Below the pieces are notes generated by a model. It saw nothing but the letters and a program-made list of their open reading frames with translations. It searched no databases and was not told the DNA's origin. From an uncultured Acidimicrobiales bacterium (GTDB lineage Bacteria; Actinomycetota; Acidimicrobiia; Acidimicrobiales; DATKAS01): a DNA stretch of 64,000 nt. Of this stretch, positions 19,762 to 30,827 are shown one piece after another. The translations under genes and the position numbers were made by a program. The stretch covers positions 97,324 through 161,323 of the forward strand of contig CAVSDE010000008.1 in the NCBI GenBank assembly GCA_963726695.1, written 5' to 3'. Each line of letters starts with the position of its first letter. The stretch's first letter is position 1.

Positions 19762-20840
19762 GACTCAGGTCCGCCGAAGACGCTCAGCAGCTCGAGCGGG
19801 GTCGCCACTTCCAGCTGGTCGTAGGTGCACGAGGTCGGCTCACGATCCGGCCGCCATCGCGCGAACGAGGTGGCGTGGCGGAACCGGCTTCCCTGTAGCT
19901 GGTCGAACTTCACCTCGCAGACGAGCTCGGCGCGGATCGGAGTCCACGAGAGGTCCTTCTTCGCGTTCCAACGGCTCACGGCTCCCGGCATGCGCTGCCC
20001 AGCGGCCTCCTCGCGCTCCACCGCCTCCGCCCACCCCTGCCACGGATGGCCCTCGATCGCGCGCTCGCGGTAGGGCGCGAGCTCTTCGAGCAGCTCCTTG
20101 CGGCGCTTAGCGGTGAAGCTCGACGCGACGCCGACGTGTTGCAGGTCACCGGTGTCGTCGTAGAGGCCGAGCAACAACGAGCCGACACCGTTGCCGTCCT
20201 TGTGCACGCGGTATCCGCCGACCACGCAGTCGGCCGTCCTCTTGTGCTTCACCTTGATCATCACGCGCTCGCTCGGCCTGTACGTGAGGTCGGCGCGCTT
20301 CGCCACGACGCCATCGAGACCCGCGCCTTCGAAGCGATTGAACCAGTCCCTCGCTATCGCGGCTTCGGTCGAGATCGGCGTGACGAAGATCGGTGGACGA
20401 GTTGTCGCGACCGACTCGAGGATCTTCCTGCGCTCGGCAAACGGAACCTCGGTCAGATCACGATCGCCGAGCGCGAGGAGATCAAAGGCGACGAATGACG
20501 CGGGGGTCTCGGCGGCGAGCCTGCGCACACGACTGTCCGCGGGATGGATGCGCTGCAGCAGCGCGTCGAAGTCGAGGCCCATCTCGCCGGGGATCACGAT
20601 CTCGCCGTCGATCACACACCGCGCCGGCAGATGGCTGCGGATCGCCGCGACGACCTCGGGGAAGTATCGAGTGAGCGGACGCTCGTTGCGGCTGCCGAGC
20701 TCGACTTCGTCGCCATCGCGGAAGACCACGCACCGAAAGCCATCCCATTTCGGCTCGTACATCCATCCGTCGCCCTCGGGCAGCTCGTCGGCCGCCTTCG
20801 CGAGCATCGGCGCGACAGGCGGCATGACAGGCAGGCGCAC
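19758..20840 (-). CDS. ligC: ATP-dependent DNA ligase LigC
   Basis: PMLAK, YEPKWDGFR, IDGEIV, GLDGVVAK, KVKHKRTADCVV, SRWNAKKDLSW, RWRPDREP.SCTYDQL. Confidence 0.93.
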   Translation of the reverse strand: MRLPVMPPVAPMLAKAADELPEGDGWMYEPKWDGFRCVVFRDGDEVELGSRNERPLTRYFPEVVAAIRSHLPARCVIDGEIVIPGEMGLDFDALLQRIHPADSRVRRLAAETPASFVAFDLLALGDRDLTEVPFAERRKILESVATTRPPIFVTPISTEAAIARDWFNRFEGAGLDGVVAKRADLTYRPSERVMIKVKHKRTADCVVGGYRVHKDGNGVGSLLLGLYDDTGDLQHVGVASSFTAKRRKELLEELAPYRERAIEGHPWQGWAEAVEREEAAGQRMPGAVSRWNAKKDLSWTPIRAELVCEVKFDQLQGSRFRHATSFARWRPDREPTSCTYDQLEVATPLELLSVFGGPES

Positions 20841-20905
20841 AGCGGTCCAGCATTGTCCACTTGTCTCGGGAGCGTGCAGCGGTTGCGCCGTGGAAGGGTT
20901 GCGGG

Positions 20906-21585
20906 ATGCCGCCCGAGCCTCCGCCTCCCCCGCCACCTGGGCCTCCGCCTCGACCCGCGACCATCCGTGTCGTGGGCACCGGCGAGGTCAGCGCGCCGCC
21001 CGACCGACTGTCCATCGATCTCGGTGTCGTGTGCCGGTCACCCACCGCGAGGCAAGCGTTGTCACAGGCGAACGAGCGCACCGCTGCTTTGATCGAGCTG
21101 CTCGCGGCAGAAGGAGTCGCCACGACCGACGTCGCGACGCGGTCGGTGGCGATCTATCCGCACTACGACGACAAGAACCGAAAGCTCGTCGGCTACGAGG
21201 CGACGAACGAACTCGTGGTGGTGCTGCGTGACCTCGTCGCGCGCCGGATCGGTGATCGACGCAGCGGCGAGCGCGGTCGGTGATGACATCCGCATGGGCT
21301 CGCTCACGTTCGGCATCGAAGACCCGAGTGCCGTTCTTGCTCGACGCGCGCCGCGCCGCGGTCGAGAAGGCCATGGGGCAAGCGCAACAGCTCGCGTCAG
21401 TCGCAGGCGTGGCGCTCGGGCCGATCCGTCGCATCTCCGAAGGAGGAGGCGGAGGTGGCGCGCCGCCGTTCCGCCCGATGATGCGGGCGATGGCCGCCGA
21501 TTCGGCCGTGCCGATCGAGCCCGGCGCGCAGAAGCTCTCGGTCTCGGTCGAGATCGAATGGGAGATCGCCCCGCCCCCTCGCTGA
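20906..21585 (+). CDS. SIMPL (DUF541) domain protein (frameshifts ~21240, ~21345)
   Basis: IRVVGTGEVSAPPD, GYEATNELVV, AVPIEPGAQKLSVSVEIEW. Confidence 0.85.
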
Positions 21586-21610
21586 CCGATCACCTCAATC
21601 CGCCGTTCTC

Positions 21611-21648
21611 GTGCGAATAACCGGACAGCGTTGGCCGGTTATTCGCAC
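21611..21648. repeat. Perfect 14-bp inverted repeat between convergent genes
   Basis: GTGCGAATAACCGG-N10-CCGGTTATTCGCAC; overlaps the GNAT stop codon. Confidence 0.7.
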
Positions 21649-22112
21649 AGGTTCGCTGGGGTGAGGGTCTTCGCCATGCAGCGGCTCAGCGGAAAGTGCT
21701 CGTAGATCCCCCAGCACGGGATCAGCTCGAACCCGACTGACGCGTACAGCGCGATCGCCTCGGGCTGCAGCGTGCCGGTCTCGAGGCGGAGCTCGCGGTA
21801 CCTACGGCGACGGCCCTCGGCCTCGACCTGCGCGAGCACCGCGCGCGCCACGCCGGTCCGACGGGCCGCGGGAGTGACGTACATGCGCTTCACCTCTCCG
21901 ATGCCGTCGGCGAAGTGCTTGATGCCCCCGCAGCCGACGGCTTCGCTCTCACGCAACGCGACGAAGAACGAGCCGTTCGGTGGCGCGAGGTCGTCAGGCG
22001 ACGGTGGGTCGTCGTCGTCCTCGCCGTAGCGCGAACGGAGCTCGTCGAGCAGTGCGGCGACGAGCGACGACCCCGGTTCGACATCGATGCGGCCTAAGAC
22101 GACCTCGATCAC
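21639..22112 (-). CDS. GNAT N-acetyltransferase
   Basis: GEVKRMYV..AARRTGVA and LRLETGTLQPEAIALY. Confidence 0.9.
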   Translation of the reverse strand: MIEVVLGRIDVEPGSSLVAALLDELRSRYGEDDDDPPSPDDLAPPNGSFFVALRESEAVGCGGIKHFADGIGEVKRMYVTPAARRTGVARAVLAQVEAEGRRRRYRELRLETGTLQPEAIALYASVGFELIPCWGIYEHFPLSRCMAKTLTPANLCE

Positions 22113-22141
22113 CGCGACATGGTGCCCGGTAGTCTGCGCCC

Positions 22142-23698
22142 ATGACCGAACACCCGCTCAGAGAGCGGATCGCGGACCTCGAGCGCCGCAAGGCCGAGGC
22201 CTATCAAGCCGGTGCGCCGCACGCGATCAAGCGGCAGCACGACAAGGGCAAGCTGCTCGCCCGCGAGCGCGTCGACTTCCTTCTCGACCCCGGGTCGTTC
22301 AACGAGCTCGACCTGCTCGCCCGCCATCGCGCACACGCCGCTGGCCTCGAAGAGCACCCCTACACCGACGGCGTCATCACCGGATGGGGCACGATCAACG
22401 GTCGCAAGGTCTTCGTGTTCAGCCAAGACTTCACGGTGTTCGGCGGCGCGCTCGGCGAGGTGTTCGCCGAGAAGATCCACAAGCTGATGGATGTCGCGCT
22501 CAAGGTCGGCGCGCCCGTCATCGGGCTGAACGACGGTGCCGGCGCACGCATCCAGGAAGGGGTCGTGTCCCTCGCGTCGTACGGCGGCATCTTCTACCGC
22601 AACGTGCTCGCATCGGGCGTCGTGCCGCAGATCTCGGTCGTCCTCGGGCCATGTGCAGGCGGCGCCGTGTACAGCCCCGCGATGACCGACTTCATCTTCA
22701 TGGTGCGCGAGAGCTCGCACATGTTCATCACCGGGCCTGACGTCGTGCGCACGGTGACCGGTGAGGACGTCACGCTCGAAGAGCTCGGCGGCGCGATGAG
22801 CCACGCGACCAAGTCGGGTGTGGCGACGTTCGTGGCAGCGGATGAGAAGGCGTGCCTCGAAGACGTGCGCTACCTCTTGTCGTTCCTGCCGTCGAACAAC
22901 CTGGAGGATCCGCCCGCGTTCGAGTCGGGTGACGATCCCGAGCGGCTCTGCCCTGGGCTCGTCGACCTGATGCCCGACACGGCCAACAAGCCGTACGACA
23001 TGAAGAAGGTCATCACGACGGTCGTCGACGACGGCGAGTTCTTCGAGTACTTCCCGCACTGGGCGGGCTCGATCGTGTGTGGCTTCTCACGCATCGACGG
23101 ACACCCCGTCGGCATCGTCGGCAATCAACCGATGGTGCTCGCCGGCGTGCTCGACATCGACTCGTCCGAGAAGGCCGCGCGCTTCGTGCGCACCTGCGAC
23201 GCGTTCAACATCCCGATCGTCACGTTCGTCGACGTGCCGGGCTTCCTGCCCGGCGTCGACCAGGAGTACGGCGGCATCATCCGCCACGGCGCCAAGCTGC
23301 TCTATGCGTACTGCGAAGCGACCGTGCCTCGCATCCAGGTCATCACGCGCAAGGCGTACGGCGGTGCGTACGTCGTCATGAACTCCAAGTCGATCGGGGC
23401 CGACCTCGCGTACGCATGGCCGAGCGCGGAGCTCGCCGTGATGGGACCGCAGGGTGCGGTCGAGATCTTGTACCGACGAGAGCTGCAGCAGGCCGCCGAC
23501 CCTGTCGGCAGGCGCGCCGAGCTGGTCGCCGAGTACACCGAGAAGTACGCGAACCCCTACAGCGCAGCGGAGCGCGGGTACGTCGACGACGTGATCGATC
23601 CGGCCGAGACCCGGGTGAAGCTCGTCGCTGGTCTGCGCATGCTGCGGTCCAAGCGTGAGGAGCTCCCGCGGCGCAAGCACGGGAACATGCCGCTGTGA
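22142..23698 (+). CDS. pccB: Acyl-CoA (propionyl-CoA) carboxylase carboxyltransferase beta subunit
   Basis: GARIQEGV, GPCAGGAVYSPA, VDVPGFLPG..QE, RKAYGGAY, KHGNMPL; intact 518 aa. Confidence 0.93.
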   Translation: MTEHPLRERIADLERRKAEAYQAGAPHAIKRQHDKGKLLARERVDFLLDPGSFNELDLLARHRAHAAGLEEHPYTDGVITGWGTINGRKVFVFSQDFTVFGGALGEVFAEKIHKLMDVALKVGAPVIGLNDGAGARIQEGVVSLASYGGIFYRNVLASGVVPQISVVLGPCAGGAVYSPAMTDFIFMVRESSHMFITGPDVVRTVTGEDVTLEELGGAMSHATKSGVATFVAADEKACLEDVRYLLSFLPSNNLEDPPAFESGDDPERLCPGLVDLMPDTANKPYDMKKVITTVVDDGEFFEYFPHWAGSIVCGFSRIDGHPVGIVGNQPMVLAGVLDIDSSEKAARFVRTCDAFNIPIVTFVDVPGFLPGVDQEYGGIIRHGAKLLYAYCEATVPRIQVITRKAYGGAYVVMNSKSIGADLAYAWPSAELAVMGPQGAVEILYRRELQQAADPVGRRAELVAEYTEKYANPYSAAERGYVDDVIDPAETRVKLVAGLRMLRSKREELPRRKHGNMPL

Positions 23699-23898
23699 CG
23701 ACGGTCGTGCCTCGCGTCGCCGACGTGCATCCCACACCGACCGATGAGGAGATGGCAGCGATCATCGCGGCGATCACGATGACGTGGCCACAGCCGGCAC
23801 CCGCGCTCCCGACTCCCGACCCGACTACTCCGGCATGGCGATTCTCGGGACGTTGGTGGGCGCGGCCAGTGGCGGCTCGTCGCGCACGGCCCTGGTGA
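23695..23898 (+). CDS. Acyl-CoA carboxylase epsilon subunit-like
   Basis: PTDEEMAAIIAAI...WRFSGRWW; overlaps the pccB stop. Confidence 0.75.
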   Translation: MTTVVPRVADVHPTPTDEEMAAIIAAITMTWPQPAPALPTPDPTTPAWRFSGRWWARPVAARRARPW

Positions 23899-23902
23899 CA
23901 CC

Positions 23903-24910
23903 GTGCCGCTCGAGCTGACGACGGTCGCGGACGACGAGGTCATCTTCCACGACGGTGACACGGTGCTTCGGTTCGACGGCCTCGAGCCCGACACCGGGCA
24001 CGATCTGATGGGGATGTCGGTGCGCACGCTCACTCGGCCCCGCGGCGAGCTGCTGTGCAGGTTCGCCACCGTGAACGACGTCCACTTCGGCGAGACCGAG
24101 TGCGGCAACCTCGAGGAGTTCGAATCCGGGCCGACCTTCCGGGCCGAGCCAGGCGAGCCCCCGTATCCGGAGATGATGAACGCAGGCGCGATCGCGGAGA
24201 TCGCCGCGATCGACCCGGCGGCGGTCATCGTGAAGGGCGATCTCACGGCCGACGGTCGAGACGACGAGTACGCCGCGTTCCGTGAGTTCTACGGCGGCGC
24301 GTTCGGCGATCGCTTGCACACCGTGCGAGGGAACCACGACGGCTATCGGGGCCAGACCTACGAAGCGGGCGACCGCGAGGTCGTGCTTCCCGGCGTGCGC
24401 GTGCTGGTGCTCGACACGGTGATCCCGTTCGAGACGACGGGACGGATCACCCGCGAGCAGCTCGCCTGGGTCGACGACCTTGCATCGACGAGCGATCGCC
24501 CGGTCATGGTGATGGGCCACCACCATCCGTGGAGCCCCGACTCAGCGAAGCGCAGCCTCACCTACTTCGGCCTCGACCCCGACAGCTCCGAGGGTCTCGT
24601 CGACGTGATCGCCCGGCGGCCGTCGATCCTCGGGTACTTCGCCGGCCACACGCACCGAAACCGGGTGCGCCACTTCGACGCGACTGGTGACGTGCCCTAC
24701 GTCGAGGTCGCGTGCGTCAAGGACTTCCCCGGCACATGGGCGGAGTATCGCGTGCACGAAGGCGGCGTCATCCAGGTGCACCGCCGCATCTCGACCCCCG
24801 CCGCGCTCGCATGGAGCGAGAAGACCCGCGCGATGTTCGCCGGGTTCTACGAGACGTACGCGTTCGGCGCGCTGAGCGATCGGTGCTTCACGATGGAGGT
24901 GAAGTCATGA
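23903..24910 (+). CDS. Metallophosphoesterase (Icc/CpdA-like)
   Basis: NDVHFG, KGDLT, GNHD, GHHH, AGHTHRN. Confidence 0.88.
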   Translation: MPLELTTVADDEVIFHDGDTVLRFDGLEPDTGHDLMGMSVRTLTRPRGELLCRFATVNDVHFGETECGNLEEFESGPTFRAEPGEPPYPEMMNAGAIAEIAAIDPAAVIVKGDLTADGRDDEYAAFREFYGGAFGDRLHTVRGNHDGYRGQTYEAGDREVVLPGVRVLVLDTVIPFETTGRITREQLAWVDDLASTSDRPVMVMGHHHPWSPDSAKRSLTYFGLDPDSSEGLVDVIARRPSILGYFAGHTHRNRVRHFDATGDVPYVEVACVKDFPGTWAEYRVHEGGVIQVHRRISTPAALAWSEKTRAMFAGFYETYAFGALSDRCFTMEVKS

Positions 24911-25513
24911 CCGACGTGCGGCATGCGTTCAGCGAGGCGACGGCGGGGTTCGTCGATGCGGTGCTCTCGGTGCCGGACGACGCGTGGGTGGCTCCCGGAC
25001 TCGGGGTGTGGAACGTGCGCCAGCTCGTCGGGCACACGAGCCGCGCCCTGGTCACGGTGGAGCAGTACCTCGACACGATGCCGGCTGAGGTCACGATCCA
25101 CTCGCCGATCGACTACTACACGCTGGGGCTGCAAGTCGCGACGTCGACGCTCCACGACGACGTCGCCGAACGTGGCCGTCAGGCAGGAGCGGCGCTCGGA
25201 GACGACCCGGTGCCGGCGATCCGCGAGCTCTGCCAGCGTGTGCTCGATCGGGTCGCGAGCGAACCCGACGACGCGGTGTGCACCTCGCGGTTCGGCGGGA
25301 TGTTCCTCATCGACTACCTGCCCACTCGAATCGTCGAGCTCACGGTCCACACGCTCGATCTCACCGACGCGCTCGATCGACCGCCCACGGTGCGCCCAGA
25401 CACGGATCGCGTTGACCACGGCGATCATGGCGCAAGTCGCCGATCCGCTCGTGATGATCCGCGCGCTCGGCGGGCGCTCCTCGTTGCCCGACGGCTTCAA
25501 CGTGTTCGGGTGA
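24907..25513 (+). CDS. DinB/mycothiol-dependent maleylpyruvate isomerase N-terminal family (frameshift ~25400)
   Basis: W..PGLGVWNVRQLVGHTSRA and TRIVELTVHTLDL. Confidence 0.8.
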
Positions 25514-26629
25514 GTGCGGGGCCGCTCGCCGATCTGAAGGTCATCGACGCGTCGTCGGTGGTGGCGGGCCCGGCGTGCGCCCGATACCTCGCCGACTTCG
25601 GCGCCGACGTCGTCAAGGTCGAGCGGCCCGACGGCGGTGACACGCTGCGCGGCCTGGGCTGGCGCGACCCTCGCGACGACGTCACGTTGTGGTGGAAGCT
25701 CGCCGGACGCGGCAAGCGCACCATCACACTCGACCTCAAGCGCGCCACCGACCTCGACGTGATGCACCGGCTCTTCGACGAGGCCGATGTGCTGATCGAG
25801 AACTTCCGTCCCGGCACCCTCGAGCGGCTCGGGCTCGGCCCCGACGTGCTGCTCGCCCGCAACCCGCGGCTCGTGATCACGCGCGTCACCGGTTTCGGCC
25901 AGGACGGTCCGTACTCGCCACCGCCCTGGCTTCGCGACCATCGCCGAGGCGATGGCGGGTTCGCGGCGATCAACGGCGAGCCCGACGGCGGCCCTCTGCT
26001 CCCACCGATCGCGCTCACCGACGAGGTCGACGGGGCTCGTCGCGGCGTTCGCCACGATGGTCGGCGTCCACTCCGGTGTCGGACAGGTCGTCGACGTCAA
26101 CCTGCTCGAGTCGCTCTTCCAGCTGATGGGTCCGCTCATCGGCGCGCTACCGTCTCCTCGGTTACGAGCAACCTCGGATGGGTTCGGGCATCCCCTACTC
26201 GGTGCCGCGGGGCACGTACCGCTGCGCGGACGGCGAGTGGGTCGCGGTCTCGACGTCAGCGGAATCGGTGGCGGCACGCGTGATGGCGCTCGTCGGGCTC
26301 GGTGACGATCCTCGGTTCGCAACGTTCGCCGGTCGGGTCGAGCATCGCGATGAGGTCGACGACGTCGTGCCGGCGTGGATCGCGGCCGCGACCGTCTCGA
26401 CGAGGTGCTCGCCGCGTTCGAGGCCGCCGAGGCCGCCATCGCTCCGGTGATGACGATGGCCGACATCGACAGCGATCCGCACTACCTCGCGCGTGACGCC
26501 ATCGTCGAAGTCGACGGGGTGCCGATGCAAGGTCTCATCGCTCGACTCGCGAAGACGCCCGGCCGCATCAGATGGGCCGGGCGTCCTCTTGATGCCGACG
26601 GAGATCAGATCCGCTCGAACGGCTGGTAG
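25510..26629 (+). CDS. CaiB/BaiF class III CoA transferase (several frameshifts)
   Basis: GPLADLKVID, ADFGADVVKVE, RGKRTITLDL, ENFRPGTLER, TGFGQDGPY, PRGTYRCADG. Confidence 0.9.
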
Positions 26630-26639
26630 GGATCAGCCG

Positions 26640-27191
26640 TCAGGCGCCGACCTGCTCGCCGGTGGGTGACAGCACGTACCAGGCGCCGCCGAGGTCCTGC
26701 CCTTTGGCATCGCCGGGAGCGGTGTCGCTGAGGAACGTGTACAGCAGATGGCCGTTGTAGACGACCTGCTGCGTGCCGTCGGGCTGCGTCGCGACAGAGA
26801 GCTTCGATGCGTCGAGGCCCGGGCCTGCGACCGGGGTACCAGCGGCGACGACCGCAGGCCAGTTCGCCTTGATGCCCGCGGGCACCGCGCTCGTCGTCGA
26901 GGTGCCGTCCGGCACGAAGAGGTACACGGTCATGCCGGCCGAGTTCTCGAGGATCTGCTGACCGATCGTGGCGTTGTCGGCGGCCATCACTGTGGCGCTC
27001 CCCGCGGCGGCCGAACCGGCCGCGGTCGTACCAGCAGAAGATGTCGCCGCCGCGGCTGTCGAGCCAGCGGACGCGGCTGTCGTGCCGGCAGCCGCGGTCG
27101 ATGCCGATGAGCTGCCCGAGTCGTCGCCGCATGCGGCAAGAGCAAGCCCAGCGATCAGGACGACCGCAAGACCGAGAAATCGTTTGGACAC
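26640..27191 (-). CDS. COG4315-type lipoprotein (Yx(FWY)xxD repeat)
   Basis: Lipobox LAAC; GMTVYLFVPD; QVVYNGHLLYTFLSDTAPGDAKGQ. Confidence 0.82.
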   Translation of the reverse strand: MSKRFLGLAVVLIAGLALAACGDDSGSSSASTAAAGTTAASAGSTAAAATSSAGTTAAGSAAAGSATVMAADNATIGQQILENSAGMTVYLFVPDGTSTTSAVPAGIKANWPAVVAAGTPVAGPGLDASKLSVATQPDGTQQVVYNGHLLYTFLSDTAPGDAKGQDLGGAWYVLSPTGEQVGA

Positions 27192-27245
27192 CGGAGCCTC
27201 CGTTCGCTTCGCCTCATGTGAGTACGAGCGCGACAGACCACGGGT

Positions 27246-28085
27246 TCAGTCGGTGGAGGTTGCGACCTCGATGCGGTCCTGCGGCCAGTCCTTCGCGGCC
27301 TCGAACGCGGCCTGCGCTTTGGCCAGCGTCTCCGACGCCGAGAAAGCGTGAGCGGGGTAGCACGCGATGCCGGCCCATCTCGTCTGCACTGCGTCGCGCT
27401 CGGCCTCGTTCCCGTCCGTGAGCGCCCGGCGCAGCCGCTCGACGGTCCAGATCGCACCGTCCTCGGGTGTGTCTTCGAGGACGAAGCCGAAGCGTCCATC
27501 GGCCAGACGACACGCGGTGTCGGCCTCGCGCAGCGTGGTGCGAATTGCTTGCACGACCGGCTCGGGTGCCACACGAGTCGGCGTACCCGACCGCACACCC
27601 TGCACCACGTCGAACAGCACGATCGCAACGGGTCGAAGGTGCCGGCGCGCTGCAGACACGCGAGTCTCGACCGCGATCTTGAAGTAGTCCTCGCTGAACA
27701 AGCCAGTCGGGTCGGTGATGGGCGAGGTCATGACCTTCTCGACCTTCCGGGTTGCATCGTTGGGGAGGTGGACCACTTCGGCCACCTCGGGTTCGGGTTC
27801 GTTCATCTCGATGGGTTCATCCATCGACATCGGCTCAGGCTCCTCGGCGGGCACGAGCTCCGCATCGGTGCGACGACGCGCCGGCACGGGCTCGGGTTCT
27901 GGTTCGGGTTCTGGTATCGACTCGGTTTTGGGCGCGGCGGGCTGCCGCGCCACGAACGCTGCGACGATCGCACAGACACCGGCAAGAAGGCCGAGCCCTG
28001 GCAGATCGAGCGCGAGCGCGGCGATGCCGAGCCCAAGACCGAGAATGCCCGGGGCTAGACCGAGGACCGCCCGCCGATCAGTCAT
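27246..28085 (-). CDS. Membrane-anchored degenerate GGDEF-domain protein
   Basis: Two TM segments; TDPTGLFSEDYF; LREADTACRLADGRFG with ADGRF at the GGDEF position; AGIACYP. Confidence 0.8.
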   Translation of the reverse strand: MTDRRAVLGLAPGILGLGLGIAALALDLPGLGLLAGVCAIVAAFVARQPAAPKTESIPEPEPEPEPVPARRRTDAELVPAEEPEPMSMDEPIEMNEPEPEVAEVVHLPNDATRKVEKVMTSPITDPTGLFSEDYFKIAVETRVSAARRHLRPVAIVLFDVVQGVRSGTPTRVAPEPVVQAIRTTLREADTACRLADGRFGFVLEDTPEDGAIWTVERLRRALTDGNEAERDAVQTRWAGIACYPAHAFSASETLAKAQAAFEAAKDWPQDRIEVATSTD

Positions 28086-28160
28086 CGCAGGGACCATCGG
28101 CGCGTCTGGGCTCGAATCAAGAGCACGACCCGTGGGCCGAACGGCCCATTCGTGTCGCGC

Positions 28161-30114
28161 TCAGCGCGTCGTGGCACGTCGCTTCTCCACGATGTCCGCA
28201 ATGTCGGTGATGATGCGGGCCATCTCGAAGTCCTTCGGCGTGTAGACCGCGGCCACCCCGGCGCCGAGCAAGCGGGGCCGATCCTCCTCGGGGATGATCC
28301 CCCCGACGACGACCGGCACGTCGACGCCCTCGGCTCGCAGCAGCGCGATCACCTGCGGCACGAGCTCGAGATGGCTGCCCGACAGGATCGACAGACCGAC
28401 GACGTCGACGTCTTCGTCTCGGGCCGAGGCGGCGATCTGCTCGGGGGTGAGCCGGATGCCCGAGTAGACGACCTCCATCCCCGCGTCACGAGCCGCGACG
28501 GCGATCTGCTCCGCGCCGTTCGAGTGGCCGTCGAGCCCCGGCTTTGCCACGAGGAACCGTGGGGGACCGCCCGCCATCGTCGACACCCGGGCGACGAGGT
28601 CGCGCATGTCCCCGTTGCGGTGGCCGACCGCGGCACCGACTCCTGTGGGGGCTCGGTACTCGCCGAACACCTCGCGCAACGTCTGTGCCCACTCGCCGGT
28701 GGTCACGCCGGCCTTCGCGCACGCGATCGTCGCCGGCATCACGTTTCGTGTCACCTGCGGCGGCGGCGGCGAGCTCGCGCAGCGCCGCAGCGACCGCCTC
28801 GCTCGCACGCGCTGAGCGCCACGCCACGACATCGGCGATCGTGTCCGCCTCGACCTGCGGATCGACGCGCAGGATCCGCTCGTCGCCTTCCAACGGCGAG
28901 GCCGTGCTCTCGGTGTAGGCGTTGACCCCGACGACGACCTGCTCGCCCGACTCGATGCGCCGCGTGCGCTGGGACAGCGACCTCACCAGACGGCCCTTGA
29001 CCTCCTCGATGGCTTCGAAGGCTCCGCCGAGCGACAGCACATCGTCGAGCTCTGCCCACGCGGCGTCGGCGAGCTCCGTGGTGCGGGCCTCCATCACGAC
29101 GGATCCGTCGAAGATGTCTTCGTGCTCGAGCAGGTCGGTCTCGAACGCCAGCACCTGTTGCATCCGCAACGACCATTGCTGATCCCACGGTGTGGGCAGG
29201 CCCAGCGCCTCGTTCCAGGCCGGTAGCTGGATCGAGCGGGCGCGGGCCCGCTTCGAGAGCGTCACGGCGAGCATCTCGAGGATGATCCGCTGGACGTTGT
29301 TCTCGGGTTGGCTCTCGGTGAGGCCGAGCGAGTTCACCTGCACGCCGTAGCGGAACCGGCGCAGCGACGGGTCCTCGATGCCGTAGCGCTCGATGCCGAT
29401 GCGATCCCAGAGATCGGTCATCGCCCGCAGCTTGCAGATCTCGTCGACGAAGCGGATGCCTGCGTTCACGAAGAACGAGATCGACCCGAACACCGCGGGG
29501 AAGCGCTCGAGCTCGACCTGGCCCGAATCTCGCACCGCGTCGAGCACGCCGATCGCCGTCGCGAGCGCGTACGCGATCTCCTGCACTGGCGTCGCGCCCG
29601 CCTCTTGCAGGTGGTAGCTGCACACGTTGATCGGGTTCCACTTGGGAGCGTGGTACGCGCACCACGCGACCATGTCGACGATGAGCCGGCGGCTCGGCTC
29701 GGGCGGGAAGATGTACGTGCCGCGCGAGAGGTACTCCTTGACGATGTCGTTCTGGGTCGTGCCCCGCAGCTCGACCGCCGTGACGCCTTGCTCCTCGGCG
29801 TTCGCGACGTAGAGGCCGAGCAGCCACGCCGCGGTGGAATTGATCGTCATCGACGTGTTCATCCGCCCGGGGGGGATGCCGTCGAGCAGGGTGCGCATGT
29901 GGCCGAGATGCGCGACAGGCACACCGACCTTGCCGACCTCGCCCTTCGCCATCGGCGAGTCGGGGTCGTATCCCGTCTGGGTCGGCAGGTCGAACGCGAT
30001 CGACAGGCCGGTCTGCCCCTTCGACAGGTTCGTGCGATAGAGCTCGTTCGATGCCTTCGCGGTCGAGTGACCCGAATACGTCCGCATCAACCACGGTTGG
30101 TCGCGCTCGGTCAC
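28161..30114 (-). CDS. meaA: MeaA / ethylmalonyl-CoA mutase, B12-dependent (frameshift ~28750)
   Basis: PWLMRTYSGHS, GQTGLSIAFDLPTQTGYD, RYGVQVNSLGLTE.QPENN, KPGLDGHSNGAEQ. Confidence 0.93.
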
Positions 30115-30141
30115 GGTCTCATTCTCCCTCACCGCGCGCTC

Positions 30142-30814
30142 TCACCATGCGTCCAGTCCCTCGATCTCACGCGCTTCCTCCAGCGCGACCACGTAGCGCG
30201 GTCGCGTGATCTCGACGACGCCGAGCGTGCGCAGATGCGGCGTGGCCCATTGGACATCCAGCAGACGGAAGCCTGCGGCACGCAGCCGGTCGACGAGTGC
30301 GACCAGCGCGACCTTCGACGCGTCGGTCTGCAGGCTGAACATGGACTCGCCGGCGAACAACCCGCCGATGGCGATGCCGTAGAGACCGCCGACCAGCTCG
30401 CCGTCCTCCGTCCACGTCTCCACGCTGTGCGCCCATCCGAGGTCGTGCATGCGCACATAAGCCGACACCATCGGCTCGGTGATCCACCCACCGGAACGCG
30501 CGGGATCACCGCACGCGCGGCATCACCGACTCGAAGTCCGTGTCGACGCGCACCTCGTAGCGGCGGAGGGAACGGCGCAGCGAGCGGGTCACCAACAAGC
30601 CGTCGAGCGGCAACACGCCACGGGGATCGGGCGACCACCATCCCATTGGTCCATCGCGTCCGACCGGCATCGGGAACAGGCCGCTTCGATACGCGGCCAG
30701 CAACGTGCCGGGCTCGAGATCCGCGCCGACGCCGACGAGGCCGTCCTCGTCAGCCGCGTCGACCGACGGGAAGTGCCATGAGGACAGCGGCGGCTCGACG
30801 GGCCGGGCGGGCAT
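30142..30814 (-). CDS. aat: Leucyl/phenylalanyl-tRNA-protein transferase (frameshift ~30515)
   Basis: LLAAYRSGLFPM, WWSPDPRGVL, AHSVETW, GGLFAGESMFS..TDASKVAL, DVQWATPHL. Confidence 0.92.
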
Positions 30815-30827
30815 CGCCCTGCTCGCG

